From: an uncultured Spirochaetales bacterium
GTDB taxonomy: Bacteria; Spirochaetota; Spirochaetia; SPDA01; CAZSGZ01
Direction of reading: 5' to 3'
Assembly: GCA_964440465.1 (NCBI GenBank)
Contig: CAYTSI010000005.1
Location: forward strand, 151 to 64,150
Length of the DNA: 64,000 nucleotides
Program-made: the position numbers and the translations under genes
Part shown: in pieces, positions 8,534 through 17,794 of the stretch
Numbering within the stretch: the stretch's first letter is position 1
Layout of the letters: each line of letters opens with the position of its first letter
Notes under the pieces: generated by a model
Databases searched by the model: none
What the model was told of the DNA's origin: nothing
Seen by the model: only the letters and a program-made list of their open reading frames with translations

Positions 8534-9682
8534 ATGAATAGAGAACGAAAAAAAAGGCGGACACTAAAAAAGAGCGGGCCGATGATGTCCCGCCTGTACG
8601 GAGACACCGGCGTTAACGTTTCCGCGTTAGGTTTCGGCGGGATGCGGTTTGAGAAACCGGACGATATCGAGCATTCCGCCGAGACGGTGTTCCACGCCTT
8701 CGAGCGGGGGATTACCTATTTCGATACGGCGCCGGGGTATTTCGACGGTAAGTCGGAGGAGGCCGTCGGTACGGCGGTAAACGAGATGAAGAAAACCGGC
8801 AGGCCTTTTTATATATCCACGAAATCAAACAAGGCGGACGGTGCCGTGGTCCGGAAAGAGCTGGAAGAAAGCCTGAAGCGGCTGAATCTCGACTGTATCG
8901 ATTTTTATAACTGCTGGTACGTACTGACATTAGAGGATTGGGAAAAACGGAAAAACGGCGGGGCAGTGGAAGCAATTCTAAAGGCGCGGGACGAGGGGCT
9001 TGTCCGCTTTCCGGTATTTTCCACCCACCTTCCGGGAGACGCGGTACGTACGGTCATTGAAGAGGGATATTTCCGCGGCGTTACCCTCGGCTATTCGGCC
9101 ATCAATTTTCCCTACCGGGAAGAGGGGATACGGGCAGCCGGAGAGAACAATCTCGGTGTTGTCGTTATGAACCCCTTAGGGGGAGGAACAATTGTAAACA
9201 ATGCCGATGCCTTTCAATTTATCAAACGGGACAGCAAACAGACCGTTTTAGAGGCGGCCCTTCATTTTCTCTGGGCCCACGATGAAATTACGGTCGCGTT
9301 AGTAGGATGCAGGAACAAGTCCGATGTGGACGATGCCGCTGCCGCCGCGGCATCGTACGTACCCTATTCGGACGAAGATATCTCTAAAATAAAGAAGAAC
9401 ATTACCCGGGACTTCAACCAGCTGTGTACAAGCTGTACCTACTGTGATGTTTGTCCCGAAGACATCCCTGTCTGGAAGTTTGTGGAAACTGCAAACCATG
9501 TTATTTTAGGCTCTTCCGCGTCACTGTCCGGACGACTGAAATACTACTGGGGGGCTGATCCGACGGCCATGGAGCGGTGTATCCGGTGCGGGCAGTGTGA
9601 AAGTGCCTGCACCCAGCATATACCGATTATGGAACGGTTTGAGATGCTGAAAACAGCATTGACGGAGGAACCTACAAAGTAA
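8534..9682 (+). CDS. Aldo/keto reductase with a C-terminal 2x[4Fe-4S] ferredoxin-like domain. The start may instead be at 8582.
   Basis: AKR N-terminal motifs are present (GxxVSALGFGGMRF, YFDTAPGY). The C-terminal motifs are CTSCTYCDVCP and CIRCGQCESAC. Confidence 0.8.
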   Translation: MNRERKKRRTLKKSGPMMSRLYGDTGVNVSALGFGGMRFEKPDDIEHSAETVFHAFERGITYFDTAPGYFDGKSEEAVGTAVNEMKKTGRPFYISTKSNKADGAVVRKELEESLKRLNLDCIDFYNCWYVLTLEDWEKRKNGGAVEAILKARDEGLVRFPVFSTHLPGDAVRTVIEEGYFRGVTLGYSAINFPYREEGIRAAGENNLGVVVMNPLGGGTIVNNADAFQFIKRDSKQTVLEAALHFLWAHDEITVALVGCRNKSDVDDAAAAAASYVPYSDEDISKIKKNITRDFNQLCTSCTYCDVCPEDIPVWKFVETANHVILGSSASLSGRLKYYWGADPTAMERCIRCGQCESACTQHIPIMERFEMLKTALTEEPTK

Positions 9683-9795
9683 CAGCGCCGAAAAATGGCT
9701 GTAGCTTTGTCTGAGTACAGATGATGTCCCCGCGTGCAGCCGAAAAGAGGATATATCCCGGAAGATTTGATAAATCACTTGCAGATTAGCCGAAA

Positions 9796-10953
9796 TTGTA
9801 TCAAAATAGAGGTATGGAAGAAAGAAAAGTATTAATAAAAGATTTCGAGAAAAAAATCCAATCCAATGAGGAAAAAATCAGGCTGCTGCTGATACAAACG
9901 GGTGAATACCTCTTTGCAAAGGCGAAAAAAGATACCCGGTCCGCGGCGCAGGATGATTATGATGCCGCGAAACGGCAGCTGGATTCCCTGGAACAATACA
10001 AGGACAGCAAAAAACGGATTCTTGCCATTCTCGAACGGCTTTCTGAGATTAAAGAAGAGATGACCAATTCCGGCGGGCAGATTGAGATCATAGAACGGGC
10101 GAATCTGCCGGTATATGAAGTCATAGGAGAAAAGGCCTACGAACACCTGCGTCATGATCCGTCCCGGTATAATCAGTACAGCGATGTATTTGTGGATGTC
10201 AATAATCAGATAGAGGACATTGAAAATATAGAAAATGACATTGAAGCAATACACGCGCAGAAAAAGCAGCGTAAATTCTTTGAAAAAATTGCGGACACCG
10301 GTCAGGTAACCTATTTAAAGGGGATCAAGATGGTCCGGGCAAAAACAATGCCCCGGCTGTACCGGGAGGCCGGGCAAAAGCTCACGGAAACCAATTTTTT
10401 GGAAACAACAGGAAACGAAGAAATCGTAAGCGCCGCCGGACCGTACCTGCAGAACAAAGAAAAATTGAAGGAACTGCATACCCGGATGGAGCATCTCTCG
10501 GAAGAGGAAAAGAGTTTAGAGTCGGAACTGATCAATTTAGGAGTGGACAAACGGGCAGACCGGCGAACGGACGAACTCGACCGGAATATTGCCGCTGCCC
10601 AGGAGAAATACACGGAAAAGCTTCTCGCGATTGCCCGGAAGGTGCGGGAAAACACCCCGGAGGCAATTGCCTCACTGTCGGACTATAAAGAATTTCTCAA
10701 AGAAATCGCGAAATGCGAAAAGCAGAATGATCAATACCGGGAAAATATTACAAAACTCAACGCGGCAATTGAGGCGGATAATTGTGCCCGCCAGCTTGAA
10801 AGAATGAATGAAAGTATCGGCGACCGCGAGCGGCGTATTCGGGAGTACGAACAGGAAATAGAAGACCTGCAAAAACGGATAGCGGAAACGGAGAAAGAGA
10901 AAAAGCGCTACGAGGAAATCAGGGGTCCTAAGGAACTGACACTTCAGTCGTAA
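9796..10953 (+). CDS. Hypothetical coiled-coil protein rich in E/K/R/Q, with no recognisable catalytic motif.
   Basis: It is a 385-aa ORF that reads as heptad-like charged repeats throughout. It sits 94 bp upstream of the SbcD-like gene on the same strand. Confidence 0.5.
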   Translation: MYQNRGMEERKVLIKDFEKKIQSNEEKIRLLLIQTGEYLFAKAKKDTRSAAQDDYDAAKRQLDSLEQYKDSKKRILAILERLSEIKEEMTNSGGQIEIIERANLPVYEVIGEKAYEHLRHDPSRYNQYSDVFVDVNNQIEDIENIENDIEAIHAQKKQRKFFEKIADTGQVTYLKGIKMVRAKTMPRLYREAGQKLTETNFLETTGNEEIVSAAGPYLQNKEKLKELHTRMEHLSEEEKSLESELINLGVDKRADRRTDELDRNIAAAQEKYTEKLLAIARKVRENTPEAIASLSDYKEFLKEIAKCEKQNDQYRENITKLNAAIEADNCARQLERMNESIGDRERRIREYEQEIEDLQKRIAETEKEKKRYEEIRGPKELTLQS

Positions 10954-11046
10954 TGTCTGCCCGCGGCATCCCATAACAACCTTCCACTGACAGCCCGTTC
11001 GGATAACTCCGGCCGGGCTGCTCTTTTTTGTAAGCTGTGATAGGAT

Positions 11047-12174
11047 ATGTTCCGTATGAACCGGTTTACGATGTGCGCGGCAGCCGACTTTCACCTCGGC
11101 ATGAGGTTCTCTTCCTACCCTTCTGTGCAAAAGGAGCTGATACGGGCGAGGTTTTCCGCGCTCCGGCGGGTGGTGGACCGGGCAAATGCCGAACAATGCG
11201 CTCTTCTTGTGATAGCGGGAGATTTGTTTGATCGTATCAACATCCCGGTAAAAGAAGCGGAGGAAGTGATAGAAATTCTCGGCGGATTTCAGGGTGATTG
11301 CATTGCGGTTTTACCGGGTAACCACGATTATTTCAGCGGTGCAAAGAGCGGTGTCTGGAAAACCGTTACGGAGAATGGACCGGATAACCTCCTGCTGCTG
11401 TCGGAGAAGAAAAAATACTACCTCAATGATTTCCATTTGCCGGTTGTTTTATATGCCGGCCCATGCAGTTCTCAGCACGGACGTGAAAACGCGGTATCGT
11501 GGATCGGCCCGGCGGACCGAAAGGACAGAGAATTGTTTCATATAGGGGTAGCCCACGGCAGCATTGAGGGGATTTCCCCCGACGTAACCAAGCAGTATTT
11601 CCCGATGAACAGGAAGCAGCTGGAGTCCGCCGGTCTCGATTTGTGGATTATCGGGCACACCCATATACCCTTCCCGGAGCGGGAGGAAACGGTATCGCCT
11701 TTTATTATACCCGGCACACCCGAACCGGACGGTTTTGATTCCGGCGGGGACGGAGCTGCTTGGATTATTTCGGTAAATGATAACAAGGCGGTACACAAGA
11801 AGCGGTTTACTGCCGGCTCATACCGTTTTACGCGGCAGATAAAGGAAATACACTCCGCCGGGGACATTGAGGAGGCGGTCCGTGAAATGAGCGGAACGGC
11901 CGGTCCTTCCGTTCTCCTGCAGCTGAAACTGCGGGGCACTCTTGTGAAGGGCGATTTTCCCCTTTTAGGTCCGGCAATGGAAGAATTGGCACAGCGGTTT
12001 TTTTATACGGATATTGATACGGAAAGCGTGAAAACAAAGCTGACCCCCGGAGAAATCGGCAATGAATTCCGGGAAGGGACCTTTCCCTATATTCTTCTTT
12101 CCCGTCTCTCCGAGTACGGCGATACCGAGGCGCTCGAGCGGGCTTACAGGATCCTAGAGGAGATGAGGAAATGA
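11047..12174 (+). CDS. SbcD/Mre11-like metallophosphoesterase of the YhaO type (DNA-repair exonuclease).
   Basis: Calcineurin-like phosphoesterase motifs are present: CAAADFHLG (I), AGDLFD (II), PGNHD (III), GHTH (V/VI). Confidence 0.8.
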   Translation: MFRMNRFTMCAAADFHLGMRFSSYPSVQKELIRARFSALRRVVDRANAEQCALLVIAGDLFDRINIPVKEAEEVIEILGGFQGDCIAVLPGNHDYFSGAKSGVWKTVTENGPDNLLLLSEKKKYYLNDFHLPVVLYAGPCSSQHGRENAVSWIGPADRKDRELFHIGVAHGSIEGISPDVTKQYFPMNRKQLESAGLDLWIIGHTHIPFPEREETVSPFIIPGTPEPDGFDSGGDGAAWIISVNDNKAVHKKRFTAGSYRFTRQIKEIHSAGDIEEAVREMSGTAGPSVLLQLKLRGTLVKGDFPLLGPAMEELAQRFFYTDIDTESVKTKLTPGEIGNEFREGTFPYILLSRLSEYGDTEALERAYRILEEMRK

Positions 12175-14651
12175 TCATCCGGGACCTGCACATTCATACC
12201 TTCGGGGACTTTCAGGATGTCCGGCTGCAGTTTGCAGACGGGTGTAATATTGTCCTTGGTGAAAATGAAGCGGGTAAGTCAACGGTTTTCAATGTAATCG
12301 ATCATCTGCTGTTTACTCCCGTCAAGCTGACGAAGCGTGAAATGGAAAAAAGCTTGAATCGATGGTTTCCCGTTGGAGGCGGGGATACGTTGAGCGCGGA
12401 ATTATCTGCCGAACTCGGGGACAGAGCTGTTCGGTACTTCAAGTGCTGGGGCGGGAATCCGGAAGGAACAATTCGATTTTCACCGGGAGGGACCTATTCG
12501 GGCGATGATGCCCTCGCTGCGGAAACGGAAAAATTGTGGGGATACTCTCCGGAGACGGTGCGGCAGGTTTGCCTGCTGCGGCAGAGTACCCTCGCGGATA
12601 CGCTGCCTTCCTACCAGAATTCGAAGGAGGTATTGCAGTCTCTTACCGACATCCTGCAAAATTCTTTAATAGAAGGCGGCGGTATTTCCACCTCCGGTTT
12701 TATTGAAACTCTCCGGGACCGGTACAGCTTGTTTTTTTCAAGATGGGACAGAGACCGGAACTATCCGGAAAAAAACAGAGGGATTGAAAATCCATGGTCG
12801 GTAAACGTGGGTACGGTTTTGAAATGGTGGTATGAAATGAAGCGGGCCGAGTTAGAGGTCCGGCGGGTAGAGCAGCTGGAAGACTCAATATGTTTACTGC
12901 AGAGCAGCCAAAAAGAAAAAAAGAAGGAAACGGCAGCTCTCGAGTCGTTTCTTTCTGCCTTTGAGACAGTCTACAACACTGCCGGAGACAGAAAAAGCCT
13001 GGAATTGGAACTGCGGGAAATTATCGGTACGATGGAGCGGATAAAGAAAGACAGTCAATCCTGGGGACGGGGGAGGGATGGTCTTGAACAGGCGCTCCGG
13101 GAGCGGAAAGAAGGGAACGAAGAACTTGGAAAGCTCCGCGGGCGGATCGAAAGCAGGGATGAAGTAACGGCGAAACGGAAACGGTTCGAAAAATATCGTC
13201 GGCTGCTGGAGGTGAAAACAAAACTCGACGCCCTGGAGGCAAAGCTCAGAGAACAGCCGGCAATACCGGAAAAGGATTTGCAGGCACTCCGTGAATCAAG
13301 GTTGGCAATTCGGGAAAGTGAGGTGAAACTGCAGTCCGGAACACTCTTTGCACAGCTGACCGCGAAGAAAAATATCAGTTTTTCCTATACTCCCGGATTG
13401 GGCACTGAAAAGCGGCGTGACCTTATGGCAGGGAATTCGCTTGAAATAACGGCGGAAGGGAAAATTCGGCTGAGCCACGAAGACTGGGAGCTGGATGTTT
13501 ATTCGGGAAACGAAGATTACGAAACCGTCAAAAAGGAGCTGGAGGCAGGCAAAAAAGAGTTTAACGCTCTCTGTGAGAAGTACGGTGTTGTTTCCGTCGA
13601 GGAAGGAGAAGCACAGCGGAAGGTTTATACTGATCTGGAAGGGGAAACGGCACGGGCGCGGAAACAATTTTCCGAGGAACGCGGAGAGGACTCTTTTGAA
13701 GCCCTGAAGAAGGAAGTCGAAAGTTTTGGGGCCCTTCCTGAGGAAACCGACAGTACCGAGCTGGGAAGAGAATACGGTTCTCTCAATGAACGGCTTGCCG
13801 CGCTTGAAAAAACAATACAGGAACATCGGGAACGGTTGTCGTATTTGGAAGAGACATATGGGACGGAGGAAAAGCTTCTGGACATGCTCGCGGACCTCCG
13901 CGGCCGGCAGCGGGACTTGGAGAAACAAGTGGCTGCTCTTCCGGAAATTCCTGACCCCTTCGAAACGGCGGAAGAATTTCTTGAGGCATACAGGGAAAAA
14001 CAAAGAAAAAGGGAGACGCTCCGTCAGGAAATATTTGAGTTAGATAAGGCGGCCGCCCTTGCGGTAAAAGACCTCCCGGACATCTCCCTCGAGGAGCTCG
14101 AAGCGGACGCTGAAGCCGCGCGGCGGCGTTTTCAATCCGCGCTTTCGGAGGGGGAGACAATCGGCCGGATTCTCGAGACAGCGCTGCGGATCCAAAAAGA
14201 AATTCAGGAGAACCCCTATACCGCCTTTATGGAGGCGGCGGAAGCAAACCTTAAAAAAATGACCGGGCAGAGGCTGCAGTATAAAAGCAGATCAGGCGGG
14301 GGGGACGGTCAGGCAGCGGCCCCTTTTCACGGTGATGTTAGAAACAGCCGGGGAGAAATTCTGGCGTACGGACAGCTTTCAGGCGGAACGAAAGACGCGG
14401 TTTCTCTAGCCGTCCGGCTGGCAATGGCGGAGTATTATCTGAAAAATAAAGCAGGGTTTCTCCTCTTTGATGATCCCCTAGTGGAAATGGACCCGCGGCG
14501 CCAGAAGGCCGCCGCCGAACTGCTTTCCGAAACCGCCCGGCGCTACCAGTCGATAATCTTTACCTGTCATCCCCACATGCGCGATTTATTCCCGAATGCC
14601 AATGTAATTGAGCTGCATCGGGACGGGGAACGGAGGCGTGTTAAATTTTAA
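12171..14651 (+). CDS. SbcC/Rad50-like AAA ATPase with a long coiled-coil insert (YhaN type). It is translationally coupled to the upstream nuclease by an ATGA overlap.
   Basis: It has Walker A (GENEAGKST), a long E/K/R/L-rich coiled-coil centre, the ABC signature LSGGTKDA, Walker B/D-loop (LLFDDPLVEMD) and an H-loop (FTCH). No CxxC zinc hook was seen. Confidence 0.8.
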   Translation: MIIRDLHIHTFGDFQDVRLQFADGCNIVLGENEAGKSTVFNVIDHLLFTPVKLTKREMEKSLNRWFPVGGGDTLSAELSAELGDRAVRYFKCWGGNPEGTIRFSPGGTYSGDDALAAETEKLWGYSPETVRQVCLLRQSTLADTLPSYQNSKEVLQSLTDILQNSLIEGGGISTSGFIETLRDRYSLFFSRWDRDRNYPEKNRGIENPWSVNVGTVLKWWYEMKRAELEVRRVEQLEDSICLLQSSQKEKKKETAALESFLSAFETVYNTAGDRKSLELELREIIGTMERIKKDSQSWGRGRDGLEQALRERKEGNEELGKLRGRIESRDEVTAKRKRFEKYRRLLEVKTKLDALEAKLREQPAIPEKDLQALRESRLAIRESEVKLQSGTLFAQLTAKKNISFSYTPGLGTEKRRDLMAGNSLEITAEGKIRLSHEDWELDVYSGNEDYETVKKELEAGKKEFNALCEKYGVVSVEEGEAQRKVYTDLEGETARARKQFSEERGEDSFEALKKEVESFGALPEETDSTELGREYGSLNERLAALEKTIQEHRERLSYLEETYGTEEKLLDMLADLRGRQRDLEKQVAALPEIPDPFETAEEFLEAYREKQRKRETLRQEIFELDKAAALAVKDLPDISLEELEADAEAARRRFQSALSEGETIGRILETALRIQKEIQENPYTAFMEAAEANLKKMTGQRLQYKSRSGGGDGQAAAPFHGDVRNSRGEILAYGQLSGGTKDAVSLAVRLAMAEYYLKNKAGFLLFDDPLVEMDPRRQKAAAELLSETARRYQSIIFTCHPHMRDLFPNANVIELHRDGERRRVKF

Positions 14652-14667
14652 GGCACCCGCGAAAGAA

Positions 14668-15645
14668 TTATGAATCGAAGCTGTATTCCCCGCGCCATGA
14701 AACAATGTATTCCCAGACATTTCCCCGCGGCGGCCGTACCGATCCTCCTGTGCCGGGGTCGTACGTCCACGTTCCCGTAATCCCCTTTTCCGCGGCGGCG
14801 GCTTCGAAATGATACATTGCAATTCCCGTATCGATCCGCTGTAGGTCAATGTGCTTCCTGAAAAGCCCGTAAGCTCTGTCCCTTTGCAGAAAAAAATGCA
14901 CCAGGTTCTCCGCTTTCCCGCTGCCCCGGAAGGTGATTATCAGCCGCCATGGCTGCTTGTTTGATGCCGAGGGAGCAAGTCGCACGCATTCGAGAATGAT
15001 CTTTGTTTTTTCGGAAACTTCACTGGGTTGCAGAGGTTTGAGGGGGACAGAGCTGCAGGTAACGAAAAACAGTTTTTCCCACGGTTTCCGGCGTTTCGAT
15101 CCCGCGGCAAATCTGATGAAGCGTGCAGCCGGCCGCCTACGTTCCGCCGGATATCCCACAGGTGTTATTGCAGGGATAATTTCGTTGTCTGGAAGATTGA
15201 GGTATTCTGAAAGTTTCCCGCGCTGAAAAGTTCCCCCGAGCCAGCAGGTCCCGAGGCCGAGATTCGTCAACTGCAGGATAATATGTTCAAAGGTGTAGCC
15301 GAGGTCCGTCATTTTCTGAGGGACAGAGCTGCCTTTTGAGGAATTTTCTATGTTTCGCTTCCGATTTGCAGTGTCCGCCGCGACTGATTTTTCTGTAACT
15401 GTAACAATGCCCGCGGCAAAAAGGCGTGCCCCTCGTATAAAACCGTAAGTACCAAGTGAGCTCCGCCACTCCTCCGGCATACCGGATAGGTCAATCAGCG
15501 TAAACCGGATGCGCGATCCGAACGGCGGGACAGCACCGGGATGTACGATGAGTTTTTCAATTTTATTTACCAGTTCCGGTTCGCAATGCCGCCCAGAATA
15601 AGAGCGGATCGACCTTCTCCGAAGTATTGTATCGTGTATCGTCAT
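14668..15645 (-). CDS. Nitroreductase-family flavoprotein of 325 aa. The internal Met at 15645 is preferred over 15723.
   Basis: RRRSIRSY is near the N-terminus, and GLGTCWLGG and APSASNKQPWRL are nitroreductase signatures. Confidence 0.75.
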   Translation of the reverse strand: MTIHDTILRRRSIRSYSGRHCEPELVNKIEKLIVHPGAVPPFGSRIRFTLIDLSGMPEEWRSSLGTYGFIRGARLFAAGIVTVTEKSVAADTANRKRNIENSSKGSSVPQKMTDLGYTFEHIILQLTNLGLGTCWLGGTFQRGKLSEYLNLPDNEIIPAITPVGYPAERRRPAARFIRFAAGSKRRKPWEKLFFVTCSSVPLKPLQPSEVSEKTKIILECVRLAPSASNKQPWRLIITFRGSGKAENLVHFFLQRDRAYGLFRKHIDLQRIDTGIAMYHFEAAAAEKGITGTWTYDPGTGGSVRPPRGNVWEYIVSWRGEYSFDS

Positions 15646-15836
15646 CGTCTCTTGTCGAGGGTAATTATATTCACAGGTAGGAGAATACTCTAATTGGGAG
15701 TCTACTTCTATGGGCGACCTCAAGTTTTCCCTTACTGGTCTGGAGATGTAAAGCGTTTAGGAAAATCAGCTACTTACTCTTAATGCTCCGTCCCTCATCA
15801 ACAGCACCGGTTATCGCTCACCGGTATTCGGCATTA

Positions 15837-16343
15837 TCAGCGTAACTTCATCCAAACCCGCCGCAGGAAATCATTAGGCGGCCGCTCTAATATGTCCAGC
15901 TGTCCCTTATAGATCAAACTCATGCCGCTGTATTTATAGTCTGTCGCGTATTGGACCATTTTGGCGCGAACTGGGTTATTGGCTATATAAACAAATGTGG
16001 CAAGATATTGCAGGAAACTGTGAATTATTTTGCTTTTAAACCGCTCGTTCCATACATGGCCGGTTAGCCCAAATGTTTTATTATACTGCATCGCGAAAAC
16101 GCTTAAAACCCATTGCATAATGGCCGATAAGCTCTCATTATTCAGCGGTTTTATGATGAAATGGTAATGGTTTCCCATTATACAGAAGTTTTTGATAGTG
16201 AAGCGGTATTTTTTTTTTGCCCTTCTGATGACTTCCATAAACATTTCTTGTATTTCCGGTGTTTTGAATATTACTTCTTTGCGGTTCACTCTGGAAACTA
16301 CGTGATAACTTGCCCCATACTGTAATTGCCTTGGTTTTCTCAT
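15837..16343 (-). mobile_element. REP-associated tyrosine transposase (RayT / IS200-like Y1 HUH transposase). It is a single ORF with no obvious inverted repeats.
   Basis: YHVVSRVNRKEVIF ... GNHYHFIIKP (HuH motif) ... NNPVRAKMVQYATDYKYSG (the catalytic Tyr region) closely matches the RayT/TnpA_REP consensus. The gene and its flanks are low in GC. Confidence 0.75.
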
Positions 16344-16464
16344 TCTTTACCCCCTCGAATAGTCGGTATTTTTTTTTGCCTATACTTAATAAGAAGGGGT
16401 AAATAGGATTGCTGATTTTAAAATTCGGTCATTTTTTTTATTTTTTTTGCTCTGTCCCCATCTT

Positions 16465-17661
16465 TTAGCTTTTTAACCGCTTGAGAAGTTCCCGGGCGAC
16501 AGCTGTCTCAACTTTATCCTCTGTCCCTAGCCCGCATACAGTACGGACCATGTGTTCATGTCCGTTTGCGGCCAGTTCTTCAGCGAACTGCTTGTCCCCT
16601 GGGAAAAGAATGCCGTTTTCGTCGGATCCGCGGAATGCAAACCCGGCGGCGGCTGCCTCGGCAATTGCGCTATAGGGAAGCCCGTGGGTTTCGGCTAAAA
16701 GCATTGCTCCGACCAGCCTATCGTCTTTGGCAAGTTTCCGTTGAAGGTCCCGGCCGACCCGGAAAATGGTATCACCCAATGCTTTATTTCGGAACCTGTT
16801 TAGAAGGTCGCCAATGTGTTCTCGGAGCGCGTCCAGAGAGAGATCGGCCGGGTACGCGGCGTGAAGGGCTTCTCCTGACTGTTCCATTGCTTTTTGTACT
16901 TTATCCTTAATTTCCGGAAGCTCAAGGGGTTCCCAGATGTAGGTAAACCCGGGTTCCTTACGATATCCGATATACGCCGCCGCCGCGTGACCCATATTAT
17001 GAATGAACAGTTTCCTGTCTACGTAGGCGGTTATATTTTCCACTGCTTTTATCTCGGGGAAATCCGGCACTTCTCGGACAAATCCGTGTTTATCAAGGAT
17101 AAGCGTATTGTATTCTTCCGAGAATACCCACAGTGGATCTTCGTTTTTGTCTTCCTCCCGCATAATCGGTACCATTTTCCCAATACTCGTTTCAACCAGG
17201 CCCACTGTTTTCTGAATGGGGAAGCCGGGAGGTAGATATTTCTGCAGTTCCCTTCTAAAAAAAGCAGCTCCGTCCCTCATATTTTCAGCAATAATGATGT
17301 CGATTTTTGCCGCTTCCGTCCGCATTTTTATCCCTTCGGCAATAACGGGGATTATATGCGGTAAGACCCCCTTCCCAACAGACGTGGCAATGTACGCCGC
17401 TTTGGAAATTTCTTCCGCTACTGCAGCTCTGTCCCTGCCGTCGACGGCTCGGACACCGGTAACGAAGACCTCTTCATCTTCCTGATTGTTCCGTTTAATA
17501 ATGACACGATAGGAGTTCCTGCTGTTCAACTCCCGTATCAGCGTTTCATCAATATCGACAAAGACAACCTCATAACCGTTGCCTGCAAACACCTTCCCGA
17601 TAAATGATCTGCCGATATTTCCGGCACCGAACTGCACTAGTTTTTTCTGTTTTTCCTGCAT
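16465..17661 (-). CDS. mtlD: Mannitol-1-phosphate 5-dehydrogenase / mannitol dehydrogenase family.
   Basis: The N-terminal FGAGNIGRSF Rossmann motif and overall similarity to the MtlD family, including NMGHAAAAYIG. Confidence 0.85.
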   Translation of the reverse strand: MQEKQKKLVQFGAGNIGRSFIGKVFAGNGYEVVFVDIDETLIRELNSRNSYRVIIKRNNQEDEEVFVTGVRAVDGRDRAAVAEEISKAAYIATSVGKGVLPHIIPVIAEGIKMRTEAAKIDIIIAENMRDGAAFFRRELQKYLPPGFPIQKTVGLVETSIGKMVPIMREEDKNEDPLWVFSEEYNTLILDKHGFVREVPDFPEIKAVENITAYVDRKLFIHNMGHAAAAYIGYRKEPGFTYIWEPLELPEIKDKVQKAMEQSGEALHAAYPADLSLDALREHIGDLLNRFRNKALGDTIFRVGRDLQRKLAKDDRLVGAMLLAETHGLPYSAIAEAAAAGFAFRGSDENGILFPGDKQFAEELAANGHEHMVRTVCGLGTEDKVETAVARELLKRLKS

Positions 17662-17794
17662 ACCCTATTATAAAGTGTTCGTGTACTCCGATACAAGCCG
17701 AGCGGGAGAGCCTGTCCTTGCCTCCGAAGGCCTTCAGTGCTCTGTCCCCGGAATTGCCGGAATTGCGGAATTGAACTGTCTGCCATTGCACTAG

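Noticed and set aside
14668-15645. Nitroreductase-family protein as a SagB-type dehydrogenase of a TOMM/RiPP cluster
   Set aside because: No YcaO or cyclodehydratase, precursor peptide or transporter genes are nearby. The neighbours are the SbcCD-like pair and rayT.
16346-16403. Inverted repeat TTTACCCC ... GGGGTAAA upstream of rayT as IS terminal inverted repeats
   Set aside because: It is only 8 bp with a 42-bp spacer and lies on one side of the gene only. IS200/RayT-type elements lack terminal inverted repeats. It may be promoter or operator sequence, but it is too weak to call.
17722-17780. Short tandem repeat ggaattgc x3 upstream of the PfkB kinase gene
   Set aside because: It has only 2.5 copies of an 8-mer, an unrelated motif copy (17739) overlaps it, and it has no palindromic or periodic character. 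It is probably chance plus ordinary promoter sequence.
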